A stretch of DNA of 64,000 nt from Microbacteriaceae bacterium. Lineage in GTDB: Bacteria; Actinomycetota; Actinomycetes; Actinomycetales; Microbacteriaceae. Below are positions 48,645 to 57,048 of this stretch, piece by piece; position 1 is the stretch's first letter, and every line of letters begins with the position of its first letter. The translations under genes and the position numbers were made by a program. A model generated the notes under the pieces. It searched no databases and was not told the DNA's origin. It worked only from the letters and a program-made list of their open reading frames with translations. The stretch is taken from positions 8,968-72,967 of the forward strand of contig CANBWO010000003.1 of the NCBI GenBank assembly GCA_947373155.1, written 5' to 3'.

Positions 48645-49664
48645 TTACTTATTCAAGTTAGTGGCGAAATCTTGCCACTTGCTCTGAGCGCCATTAAGGT
48701 ATGCGAAATTATTATTTAAATCATTCACCACATGGGCCGAGACTACGAGTTTCTTGACTCCTGAAACTGTTCTTAGCTCAAATAAAATCCACGAACCAAG
48801 TCCGTCGGTGTGGTTTGCCGTCGCCAGGAAGCTGAATCCGAAGGAGTCTGTGCCATTGAACTCAGAGTCGAAGCGACACTCCATGTTGTAGGGAAAAACT
48901 AAAAAGGTGGTTGTCAATGGCAGCAGCTGGTTCGGCACGGGAAATCCCTGGGGGGCGCCTGTAACGGGGAAATAGCAGTTGAAGCAGGATTTCAGGTGGA
49001 TCTTGTTTGTTGCAGCTGTTTTATTAACAGTGTATTGGTACGTGTAATCCCAACCCGGGTCAGCTAGAACCGGATACTGGAGATTTGTAGCGGTTTCGGA
49101 AATGCATTGGGTCAAAGTTCCCGCTTCCCAACTGTACGCTGTTGGAACGTTGGTTCCTGCTGAATCAACCGCCCATGGATCTGAAATATGGAGCAGTACA
49201 TCAGCTCCGTGCTCTAAGTAGAAACCCTCGCCACCCTGCTCCATGGTGGTTCCATCTGGCACATCGAACTGGAAACTTGAACAGTGTGAGCTTTCGGCAG
49301 ATTTAATTACAGTCAGTATGCGACCGCCAGTCGCAGTGGGCTGGATCACCGAAGACGTTTCTGAATTGCTATCTTGAACCAAGACGAGGCCTTGTTGATG
49401 GCTTATCGATGTTGTATCGGCCGAGATTTCAACGCTAGGCAGTTCCGCTAGGAGTTTATTTGGGCTAGTGCTGGAATCAACCAAGATCGACTCTCGATTC
49501 TTAGTTACTTGAAACTGGCTAGCAGAGCTTGTTTCCTGCAGCAACTCAGGCTTGAGCTCTTTAATCAAGCTAATTGACGAGTCCTCGGCATTTGCCGGCT
49601 GTGCCTGTATTGCGAACGCTGCGATCAAACTTACGGTGAGCGTAATTACTTTTATTTTTTTCAT
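48645..49664 (-). CDS. secreted protein, unknown function (islet)
   Basis: 339 aa. Signal peptide MKKIKVITLTVSLIAAFAIQAQPANA, a Ser/Thr-rich N-terminal region and a Cys-containing C-terminal domain. No family recognised. Confidence 0.65.
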   Translation of the reverse strand: MKKIKVITLTVSLIAAFAIQAQPANAEDSSISLIKELKPELLQETSSASQFQVTKNRESILVDSSTSPNKLLAELPSVEISADTTSISHQQGLVLVQDSNSETSSVIQPTATGGRILTVIKSAESSHCSSFQFDVPDGTTMEQGGEGFYLEHGADVLLHISDPWAVDSAGTNVPTAYSWEAGTLTQCISETATNLQYPVLADPGWDYTYQYTVNKTAATNKIHLKSCFNCYFPVTGAPQGFPVPNQLLPLTTTFLVFPYNMECRFDSEFNGTDSFGFSFLATANHTDGLGSWILFELRTVSGVKKLVVSAHVVNDLNNNFAYLNGAQSKWQDFATNLNK

Positions 49665-50098
49665 GTTTCCCTAAACGTGTCAGATTGGGTGTTTTATGTT
49701 TTTGTTTAGTTGGAGTTATTTGCTTTTGAAGTTAGAAATGGGATTTCCTAAATGGCTTAGGTGCCATCCACATCGTGAACTTGGCCTATGGCAGTTTTGC
49801 TCTTTTTCCCTGCCTGGCACCTTGGGCCCCTTGCGGAGTGCTAAAAGACGCAATTGCTTTACCTCTCGGCGCACCGTCAAGTTCAGTTTTGAACGCATGT
49901 CCATGTTTCTCGTTCGTAACCGAATCCCTTATCAAATCTGATGAGCTTCGGAATTCGGAACGTCGCCTGGCAAACCATAGGCAGGCACTCGAAGTACTTT
50001 GCCTAACGCGCAACGCTTTTTCACCCAGAAAGGCCTTGGCCAGGATGTGGTTCACGATTTTGCAATTGGTAGAAAGCTAGGCAACGCTGCAGCAGTGC

Positions 50099-50239
50099 AT
50101 GGGTCCGCTCACTGAAGAAACGTTCGAAGTGCCAAGAAAGGCAAATAGTAGATCGAAAAAAATAGACATTAAAATCACCCCCGCCTGTTGTCCTAGTTAC
50201 GAGTGTGGCGTTGTCAAAAATATTTGTCAAATATTGTAA
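50099..50239 (+). CDS. candidate small ORF, 46 aa, Cys-rich C-terminus (speculative)
   Basis: Hand translation gives MGPLTEETFEVPRKANSRSKKIDIKITPACCPSYECGVVKNICQIL*. It ends 9 nt before the regulator ATG on the same strand. No clear SD. Below the track size cutoff. Confidence 0.25.
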   Translation: MGPLTEETFEVPRKANSRSKKIDIKITPACCPSYECGVVKNICQIL

Positions 50240-50248
50240 AATATTGTC

Positions 50249-51502
50249 ATGAAAGATTATTTGATTTTCAAGGATGCTCGTCAAAAGCTTGGGCTCACAC
50301 TCGAAGAGGTGGCACATGGGATATGCTCACCGAGTTTTTTATCCCTCATTGAAAGAGGTCTGAGACAGCCAAAGCCTCAACTTTTGCAAATGCTAGAGAT
50401 CAAGCTAGCTAAAGGATTTTCGAATGTTGCCGACCAGTTCCGCCCGAGTGACGAGTATCTCCAGGCGCTGGGGTTCTTGGCAGTTGGCGATGGCGCTGCT
50501 GTGGAGGTGCTGGTGGACGATATGCCTTCCGGACAGGAGAGAACGCTCATAGTGGCACTACTCAATGAACTAAAGGGTGAAACGGCTTACGCAGCAGCGC
50601 TTTTAGAGCCAGTCCTGCGAAACTGCCTGATTTCTGCAAATCAGTTTGCTCTCGCCACCCAGGCTATGGTGCGAATGTCCAGGGATATGGGTGACCTGTA
50701 CACCGCGATTTACTGGGCAGAAAGTACCCTATCGCAGCTGGCTCAAAAGTGGAATGATGATTCGCAAACACATGAACTTGTGGCAACACTGTCAAGTGTG
50801 TACTTAGAGGCGGGAGACATTAATAGAGCAAAGTCGCTCATAAACAGCATCCAAGGCAAAGAAGTAAAGGACTGGGATAGGGTCACTGCGCTTTGGTCGG
50901 GAGGCATTCTGGCGTTCACAACTGGAGATATGGCTAGGGCTCGCATAATGCTCCGAGAGGCACACCAGCTTTCAATCCAATCCGACCGTGAACTCTCTCG
51001 AGCGCGAATTTTGCAAACAACTATCTGGATCGAGGTTCGCACAGGTGAAGTGGTTGCCGGATCGGCGCCAGAGCAGCTAGAGCGCCTTTCAACCTATTTC
51101 AATGAACGAGGCTTGATTGAAGATTTCGCCCAAACACTGAACACTCTCGCGCTAGTTCAAGCAAAAACAGGCAATTACCTACAGGCAACAGAAACAGCTG
51201 AAGCCTCGCTTGAACTTTTGAACGATTTGCCACCACTTAGTAGGGCCAAGCTGGGTATTTGGAACGCAGAGGTAATTTTGGCACTCGGCGACAGGCATCG
51301 CGCTTCCGAAATCTTGCTGAACGCAATCGAGGTGTTATCTGGCACACAGGCCTCGAGATCCACTGCTACTGCATGGGCGGAAATGTCTGAAATCTTCACT
51401 CTTCTTGGTGAGCCTGCACTCGCACTTGACTGCCTTCGCTCTTCGGTTCAGGCAGCAGGATTAATCCAAGTCAAGAGTTCGGCCAAAATACTCCATGAAT
51501 AG
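50249..51502 (+). CDS. XRE-family HTH regulator with C-terminal TPR-like repeat domain (RNPP-like architecture)
   Basis: The N-terminus ARQKLGLTLEEVAHGICSPSFLSLIERGLRQP is a Cro/C1 HTH. The remaining 340 or so aa are helical repeats rich in Ala/Leu. Confidence 0.75.
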   Translation: MKDYLIFKDARQKLGLTLEEVAHGICSPSFLSLIERGLRQPKPQLLQMLEIKLAKGFSNVADQFRPSDEYLQALGFLAVGDGAAVEVLVDDMPSGQERTLIVALLNELKGETAYAAALLEPVLRNCLISANQFALATQAMVRMSRDMGDLYTAIYWAESTLSQLAQKWNDDSQTHELVATLSSVYLEAGDINRAKSLINSIQGKEVKDWDRVTALWSGGILAFTTGDMARARIMLREAHQLSIQSDRELSRARILQTTIWIEVRTGEVVAGSAPEQLERLSTYFNERGLIEDFAQTLNTLALVQAKTGNYLQATETAEASLELLNDLPPLSRAKLGIWNAEVILALGDRHRASEILLNAIEVLSGTQASRSTATAWAEMSEIFTLLGEPALALDCLRSSVQAAGLIQVKSSAKILHE

Positions 51503-51712
51503 GGCTGCACGCGTTTCGACTAAAACTGACCTTTAAAGAACTGCGATTTTAGGCAAGGCGAATATGAAGTTCAAATCATTTGAAGAGAGAAGTCGTAAAT
51601 AAAGTGTCGATGAGTGAAGGCATTCGCAATCAAGATCCCAAATTGACGGTTTGCCCAGCAGATAGTCTTAAGGGGTTAGTTTTTACCTCTTAGAACCGGA
51701 GAATTACGCGCC

Positions 51713-53929
51713 GTGAACGATTCGACCATTTTCTACACCTACACCGATGAAGCCCCAGCACTAGCCACCGCTTCACTGTTACCAATCGTTCAGGCTTACG
51801 CCAAGGTTGCCAATGTAGATATCCAACTTCGCGACATCTCGCTGGCTGGCCGAATCTTGGCAGTTTTCGCCGACCTTCTGCCTGCCGACCAGCAGGTTAG
51901 CGATTCGCTAACCGAGCTGGGTGAACTGGCCAAGACTCCGCAGGCAAACATCATCAAGCTGCCAAACATCTCTGCTTCTATCCCTCAGCTAAAGGCGGCC
52001 ATCGCAGAGTTGCAGGCCCTTGGTTTTGCGGTTCCAGACTACGCAGATGAGCCAACCACAGACGCCGAACGCGACGCCCGCAAGCGCTATGACAAGGTAA
52101 AGGGAAGCGCAGTAAACCCGATTCTGCGCGAAGGAAACAGCGACCGCCGCGCACCGCTTTCGGTGAAGGCATACGCTCGCAAACACCCTCACCTGAACAA
52201 GCCATTCGCCGCCGGTTCCAAGACCCGCGTTGCCACCATGGGCCACGACGATTTCTTTAGCAACGAGAAGTCGGTAGTTCTTGCCGCAGACGACGTTTTG
52301 GCCATTCGCCACATCGCAGCCGATGGCACCACCACCGAGCTGAAGAAGGGACTCAAAGTCCTGGCGCACGAGATCGTGGATGCCACCTTTATGAACGTGG
52401 CTGCGCTGGATTCGTTCTTGGCGGAAACCCTGGAGCAGGCCAAGAAAGACGACGTCCTTTACTCGGTTCACCTCAAGGCCACCATGATGAAGGTGAGCGA
52501 CCCGATTCTGTTCGGGCACGTTGTGAAGGCTTTCTTTGCTGGCGTATTCGCCAAGTATGGAAGCGACCTTGCCGCCGCTGGCCTAAGCGCCAACGATGGC
52601 CTCGGTGCCATCCTTGGTGGGCTATCAACCCTGGCAAACGGCCAAGAAATCGCAGCTGCCTTCGACGCCGCTTTGGCTCAGGGTCCTCGCGTGAGCTACG
52701 TGAACAGCGACAAGGGCATCACCAACCTGCACGTTCCTTCGGATGTAATCGTGGACGCATCCATGCCAGCCTTGGTTCGCAACGGTGGCAAGCTTTGGGG
52801 CGTAGACGGCGCGGAAGACGACACCCTGGCAGTGATTCCGGACTCGTCTTACGCCGGTGTTTACCAGGCCACCATCGAAGACGTTATCGAGAACGGCCCG
52901 TTGAACCCGGCAACCATCGGTTCGGTTCCAAACGTGGGTCTTATGGCCCAAGCTGCCGAGGAATACGGTAGTCACGACAAGACTTTTGAAATCAAGAGCG
53001 CCGGCCGAGTCGAGGTTTTAAATGCGGCAGGCGAGGTATTGCTTTCGCACGAGGTAAGTGAAGGCGACATCTGGCGTGCCACCCAGACCAAAGATGTTGC
53101 GGTTCGCGACTGGGTGAAGCTTGCTGTTACCCGCGCTCGTGCCAGCAATGTTCCAGCCATCTTCTGGTTAGACGAAAACCGTGCGCACGATGCGGCGCTT
53201 ATCGCAAAGGTTAACCAGTACCTGGGAGACCACGACACCACCGGCCTAACCATCGAAATCATGGAACCAGCGGCGGCAACCAAGTACTCGCTCGGCCGCA
53301 TCCGTGAGGGTCTCGACACCATCTCAGTGACCGGAAACGTGCTTCGCGACTACCTAACCGACCTGTTCCCAATCCTTGAGGTTGGAACCAGCGCAAAGAT
53401 GCTTTCGATTGTGCCTCTACTAAACGGTGGTGGCTTGTTCGAAACCGGCGCCGGTGGTTCTGCGCCAAAGCACGTTCAGCAGTTCCTAGAGGATAACTAC
53501 CTTCGTTGGGACTCACTAGGCGAGTTCTTTGCGCTGGCCGCATCGCTGGAGCACCTGGCCGTTACCACCGGCAACAGCAAAGCCAAGGTGCTTGCAGACA
53601 CGCTAGACAGCGCAACCGGAACCTTCCTAGAGGAGGACCGCTCGCCAGGTCGCAAGATTGGCTCGCTAGATAACCGCGGCAGCCACTTCTACCTGGGCCT
53701 CTACTGGGCGCAAGAGTTGGCCGGCCAGACCGAGGACGCCGAGCTAGCTCAGAAGTTTGCGGACCTAGCTCAGACCCTCACTAGCGCAGAAACCAAGATT
53801 GTTGAGGAACTGGTTTCGGTTCAGGGTTCACCTGTTGAAATCGGTGGTTACTACCGTCCGAACGTTGATCTGGTCACCGCAGCGATGCGCCCTTCGGCCA
53901 CCTTGAACCAGGCCATCGACTCGCTATAG
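51713..53929 (+). CDS. icd: NADP-dependent isocitrate dehydrogenase, monomeric type
   Basis: 738 aa. [14 protein letters not shown]...NISASIPQL... matches the monomeric IDH family found in corynebacteria and Azotobacter. Confidence 0.95.
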   Translation: MNDSTIFYTYTDEAPALATASLLPIVQAYAKVANVDIQLRDISLAGRILAVFADLLPADQQVSDSLTELGELAKTPQANIIKLPNISASIPQLKAAIAELQALGFAVPDYADEPTTDAERDARKRYDKVKGSAVNPILREGNSDRRAPLSVKAYARKHPHLNKPFAAGSKTRVATMGHDDFFSNEKSVVLAADDVLAIRHIAADGTTTELKKGLKVLAHEIVDATFMNVAALDSFLAETLEQAKKDDVLYSVHLKATMMKVSDPILFGHVVKAFFAGVFAKYGSDLAAAGLSANDGLGAILGGLSTLANGQEIAAAFDAALAQGPRVSYVNSDKGITNLHVPSDVIVDASMPALVRNGGKLWGVDGAEDDTLAVIPDSSYAGVYQATIEDVIENGPLNPATIGSVPNVGLMAQAAEEYGSHDKTFEIKSAGRVEVLNAAGEVLLSHEVSEGDIWRATQTKDVAVRDWVKLAVTRARASNVPAIFWLDENRAHDAALIAKVNQYLGDHDTTGLTIEIMEPAAATKYSLGRIREGLDTISVTGNVLRDYLTDLFPILEVGTSAKMLSIVPLLNGGGLFETGAGGSAPKHVQQFLEDNYLRWDSLGEFFALAASLEHLAVTTGNSKAKVLADTLDSATGTFLEEDRSPGRKIGSLDNRGSHFYLGLYWAQELAGQTEDAELAQKFADLAQTLTSAETKIVEELVSVQGSPVEIGGYYRPNVDLVTAAMRPSATLNQAIDSL

Positions 53930-53940
53930 ACATAAAAGCA

Positions 53941-53980
53941 AGTGAAGGGCTCGACTACCTGGGTAGTCGAGCCCTTCACT
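53941..53980. terminator. bidirectional stem-loop between icd and MMPL gene
   Basis: AGTGAAGGGCTCGACTACC pairs with GGTAGTCGAGCCCTTCACT. The arms are perfect 19-nt complements. Confidence 0.75.
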
Positions 53981-53996
53981 CGTTAAACCTTTTGGG

Positions 53997-56084
53997 TTAT
54001 TCGGCAATCTTTGCTGGCCAGAAGAAGTTCTTGCCGGTGAGGAATGCCAAGGCAGGCACAATCACGGTACGAACCAACAGGGTGTCTAGCAGCACACCGA
54101 TGCAAACGATCGCACCAATCTGAGCCAACGCAACCAGCGGCAGAACGCCAAGAACAAGGAACACAGCCGCCAGCAAAATACCCGCGCTCGTGATAACTCC
54201 ACCGGTAGCCGATACCGCACGAATCATGCCGGCGCGCAAACCGAGCTTTTCGGCTTCCTCTTTGGCGCGGGTTACTAGGAAGATGTTGTAATCAACACCC
54301 AACGCAACCAGGAACAGGAAGCTGTACAGGAACACGCTGAGGTCCAGAGCTGGGAAGCCAAAGACCTGAACGAACAGTAGCCAGCCGGCGCCCATCGATG
54401 CAAAGAAAGATGCAACAACGGTGGCAAGAAGCAATACCGGGGCCACGAACGAACGAAGCAGAAGCAAAAGCACTAGGAACACCAGGGCCAGAATCAGCGG
54501 GATAACCAGCAACTGGTCGTGCGAGTAAGCATCCTTGACCTCAAGCGCCTGAGCGTCTTGGCCACCAACGATTGCATCGGCACCAGAAACAGTAGCCACC
54601 TTGGTCCTAAGCTCGCGAATGGTGGCGTAGGCGGCGTCTGACTGCGAGCCATCCTTCAGCACCACGTTGATCTGAGAGATCTTGGAACTGGATTCAGCGA
54701 TACTGACCGAAGCCACTCCTTGAGTGCCATTGATGACATCGACCACGTTGGCCGCTTTGTCTTTGTTGGCAATGACGATGGTTGGCGAAGTCTGCCCGGC
54801 AGGGAAAGCCTTGGAAAGTGCCTGCGAACCAACCACGGCTTCGGGGGTCTTCATGAAGCTGTCGTTTGCGGCCAGGCCGATCTTGATTCCAGTGGCTCCA
54901 AGTGCCAAGACCACAAGAACCAAAGCACCGATGACGCTAACCAGGCTCGGACGCTTGCTCACACCGGTTGCCAACTTGCTCCAGAAACCGGTGCGTGATT
55001 TGTCTGCACCGCCGAACTTTGGTGCGAACGGCCAGAACAAACCGCGACCAAAGACCACGAGCGCTGCCGGCAAAACAGCAAGAGCCGAGATCATGGCAAT
55101 GACGATGCCGGTGGCACAGGCGATACCCAATGCGCGGTTGCCTTCTAGGGTGGCAAAGCTAAGGGTCAGCAGTGCCAGGGTAACTGTGGAACCGGAAGCA
55201 ATGATGGCTGGTCCTGCGCCGCGAACCGCATTGAACATGGCAACGTGCCGGTCTTGGTTGGTGAGCAGTTCTTCACGGTAGCGAGCGATAATCAAAAGTG
55301 CGTAGTTGGTTCCGGCACCGAAAACCAAAACGCTCAAAATACCCGTGACAGAGGCATCTGGCACAATTCCGAACCAGCCGGCCACACGAGGAGCCAGCGA
55401 TGATGCCATCTGGTCTGCGGTACCCACAACCAGAAGTGGCACGATCCACAACGATGGGCTGCGGTAGGTGATTAGCAGTAGCAAAATAACAACGGAACCG
55501 GTGGCTGCCAAAAGCAAGCCGTTGGCACCATTGAACACACTGGCTAGGTCGGACTGGAATGCATCAGGACCGGTTGTATAGGCAGACAACCCGGTTGGAA
55601 CGCCAGCGGTTGCGGCGGCTCGAATAGCTGCGATTCGGTCTTGAATCACCTTGGTTTCGTCGGACTTAGCCAAAGGAATGGCGATAACAGCCGTGGTTTT
55701 GTCCTTGGAGAAACTGGCTGGTGGCACAAAAGCCTTGCCCATGACCTTGAGGTTGGTGAAGGTTAGGAATTTGTCGGAAGCCCCACCCTCGAAGCTCTTG
55801 GTGACTGGGTTGAACTTGCCGGCCACCCAGGCCTGCTGGGCATCGGTCATAGCTGTCTTGGATTGGTAGACCACAACAGCCGATGTGGAATCCGCACCCG
55901 GCAAGGTCTTGAGCGCTTCGTTCACTCTGACCGAATCGGCGCTAGCAGGAAGACCAACGCCAGGGTTGGTTGAGGTCTCGGTTGCCTTCAGCGGACCAAG
56001 TGCCAGAGCGGCGAAGATAAGACCCAGCAGCAGGGTTGCCCATGCCGACTTGGTTCCGGTGATGAATTTGACTAGACCCTGCAT
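53997..56084 (-). CDS. MMPL-family (RND superfamily) membrane transporter
   Basis: 695 aa with two blocks of about 6 TM segments, each preceded by an extracytoplasmic domain. Confidence 0.88.
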   Translation of the reverse strand: MQGLVKFITGTKSAWATLLLGLIFAALALGPLKATETSTNPGVGLPASADSVRVNEALKTLPGADSTSAVVVYQSKTAMTDAQQAWVAGKFNPVTKSFEGGASDKFLTFTNLKVMGKAFVPPASFSKDKTTAVIAIPLAKSDETKVIQDRIAAIRAAATAGVPTGLSAYTTGPDAFQSDLASVFNGANGLLLAATGSVVILLLLITYRSPSLWIVPLLVVGTADQMASSLAPRVAGWFGIVPDASVTGILSVLVFGAGTNYALLIIARYREELLTNQDRHVAMFNAVRGAGPAIIASGSTVTLALLTLSFATLEGNRALGIACATGIVIAMISALAVLPAALVVFGRGLFWPFAPKFGGADKSRTGFWSKLATGVSKRPSLVSVIGALVLVVLALGATGIKIGLAANDSFMKTPEAVVGSQALSKAFPAGQTSPTIVIANKDKAANVVDVINGTQGVASVSIAESSSKISQINVVLKDGSQSDAAYATIRELRTKVATVSGADAIVGGQDAQALEVKDAYSHDQLLVIPLILALVFLVLLLLLRSFVAPVLLLATVVASFFASMGAGWLLFVQVFGFPALDLSVFLYSFLFLVALGVDYNIFLVTRAKEEAEKLGLRAGMIRAVSATGGVITSAGILLAAVFLVLGVLPLVALAQIGAIVCIGVLLDTLLVRTVIVPALAFLTGKNFFWPAKIAE

Positions 56085-56172
56085 GATTCCCCGTTGACTC
56101 AGTTGAATGGCGGTTTGACCGATAGTTATTCCAAACTAACGGAGCAACGCAAGTATTTCCTCTGAAAGTTAA

Positions 56173-57048
56173 CTATTGGGTTACGAGAAGTGCGGGTAGT
56201 TTGAACCTGGCTGGAATGGCATCTTCTAGGTGATGAACCATTTTGCGGGCAAAGTTTGACGAAATGTGGCTGTGGTCGCGATAAACCACGGTGTTTTGAA
56301 TCACCGGCGGGCAAACCTTCTTGCAAAACGCGTTGGTGAAATCTGCGATGACAACGTTTGGCAGGCCTTTAATGGCGGGGACCAGTACATCGGCGGGGGT
56401 TAGTGCCTGGGCTCGTGTGCGCGCACATGCCACGGCCGCGTTGGCCACATTCTTGGCTATGCATGCCAAAAAGTTGTTATTGGGTTTGGGGTTGTCTCGA
56501 ATGGTTAGCCAAATGGTTCCGCGAGCCGTTTGGCTAGTCACCGTTTTGGCAAAGGCGGCACCGATCAACTTATTGCCATGAGTAACCAGCGATGAGTTCG
56601 AGTTAACGATCAGATCAAAGGGAGGCTGCTCCGCCAAATACTTGGTGAGCCTGCCATTCCAGTCCTTGCAAGAAGCAGAGGAGACACCGGTTGGAAAGAT
56701 CGACGCGTCTCCCACTGGGCAGGCACTCTTTGAAATGTAGGTGACGCGCCAGTGGTATTTATAAGCCAGGTAATCCAACGGTGCAAAATACTGACGCATG
56801 TGTGAGTCGCCAATCAATCCAACATTGATGGTCCCAGCTAGATCGCCCTTTGGGCAGGCTGTGAAGCCAAAGTTGTCTTTGGTAACTAAACAGTTACCGC
56901 TGTCGAGTTGGTCCCACGGCACATTTTGGACTGCCGAAGCCGGTTGCGCCGAAACAGGCTGCGCAGAAATCGAGCTACTCAGGGTGGCGGTGACTGCAAT
57001 GATCAAGCCAAAGCAGAGCCTACGCAAAATCAAGAGATTCGAATCCAA
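56173..57048 (-). CDS. secreted SGNH-hydrolase-domain protein
   Basis: A signal peptide, then GLIGDSHMRQYF (SGNH block I-like). It resembles the C-terminal SGNH domain of acyltransferase-3 proteins. Confidence 0.65.
   Translation of the reverse strand: MDSNLLILRRLCFGLIIAVTATLSSSISAQPVSAQPASAVQNVPWDQLDSGNCLVTKDNFGFTACPKGDLAGTINVGLIGDSHMRQYFAPLDYLAYKYHWRVTYISKSACPVGDASIFPTGVSSASCKDWNGRLTKYLAEQPPFDLIVNSNSSLVTHGNKLIGAAFAKTVTSQTARGTIWLTIRDNPKPNNNFLACIAKNVANAAVACARTRAQALTPADVLVPAIKGLPNVVIADFTNAFCKKVCPPVIQNTVVYRDHSHISSNFARKMVHHLEDAIPARFKLPALLVTQ

Noticed and set aside
47858-51610. An intact integrative element, prophage or IS carrying the islet.
   Set aside because: No integrase, excisionase, transposase or phage structural gene is present. 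No copy of the 24-nt att-like repeat is seen at the right-hand (icd) end. Only a decayed remnant is defensible.
51564-51693. Two tiny ORFs downstream of the HTH-TPR regulator, considered as pro-peptide candidates: MKFKSFEERSRK (51564-51602) and [27 protein letters not shown] (51610-51693).
   Set aside because: The first is 12 aa, highly charged and has no export signal. The second has no SD and lies in what is more simply the icd promoter/leader. Neither has features beyond chance.
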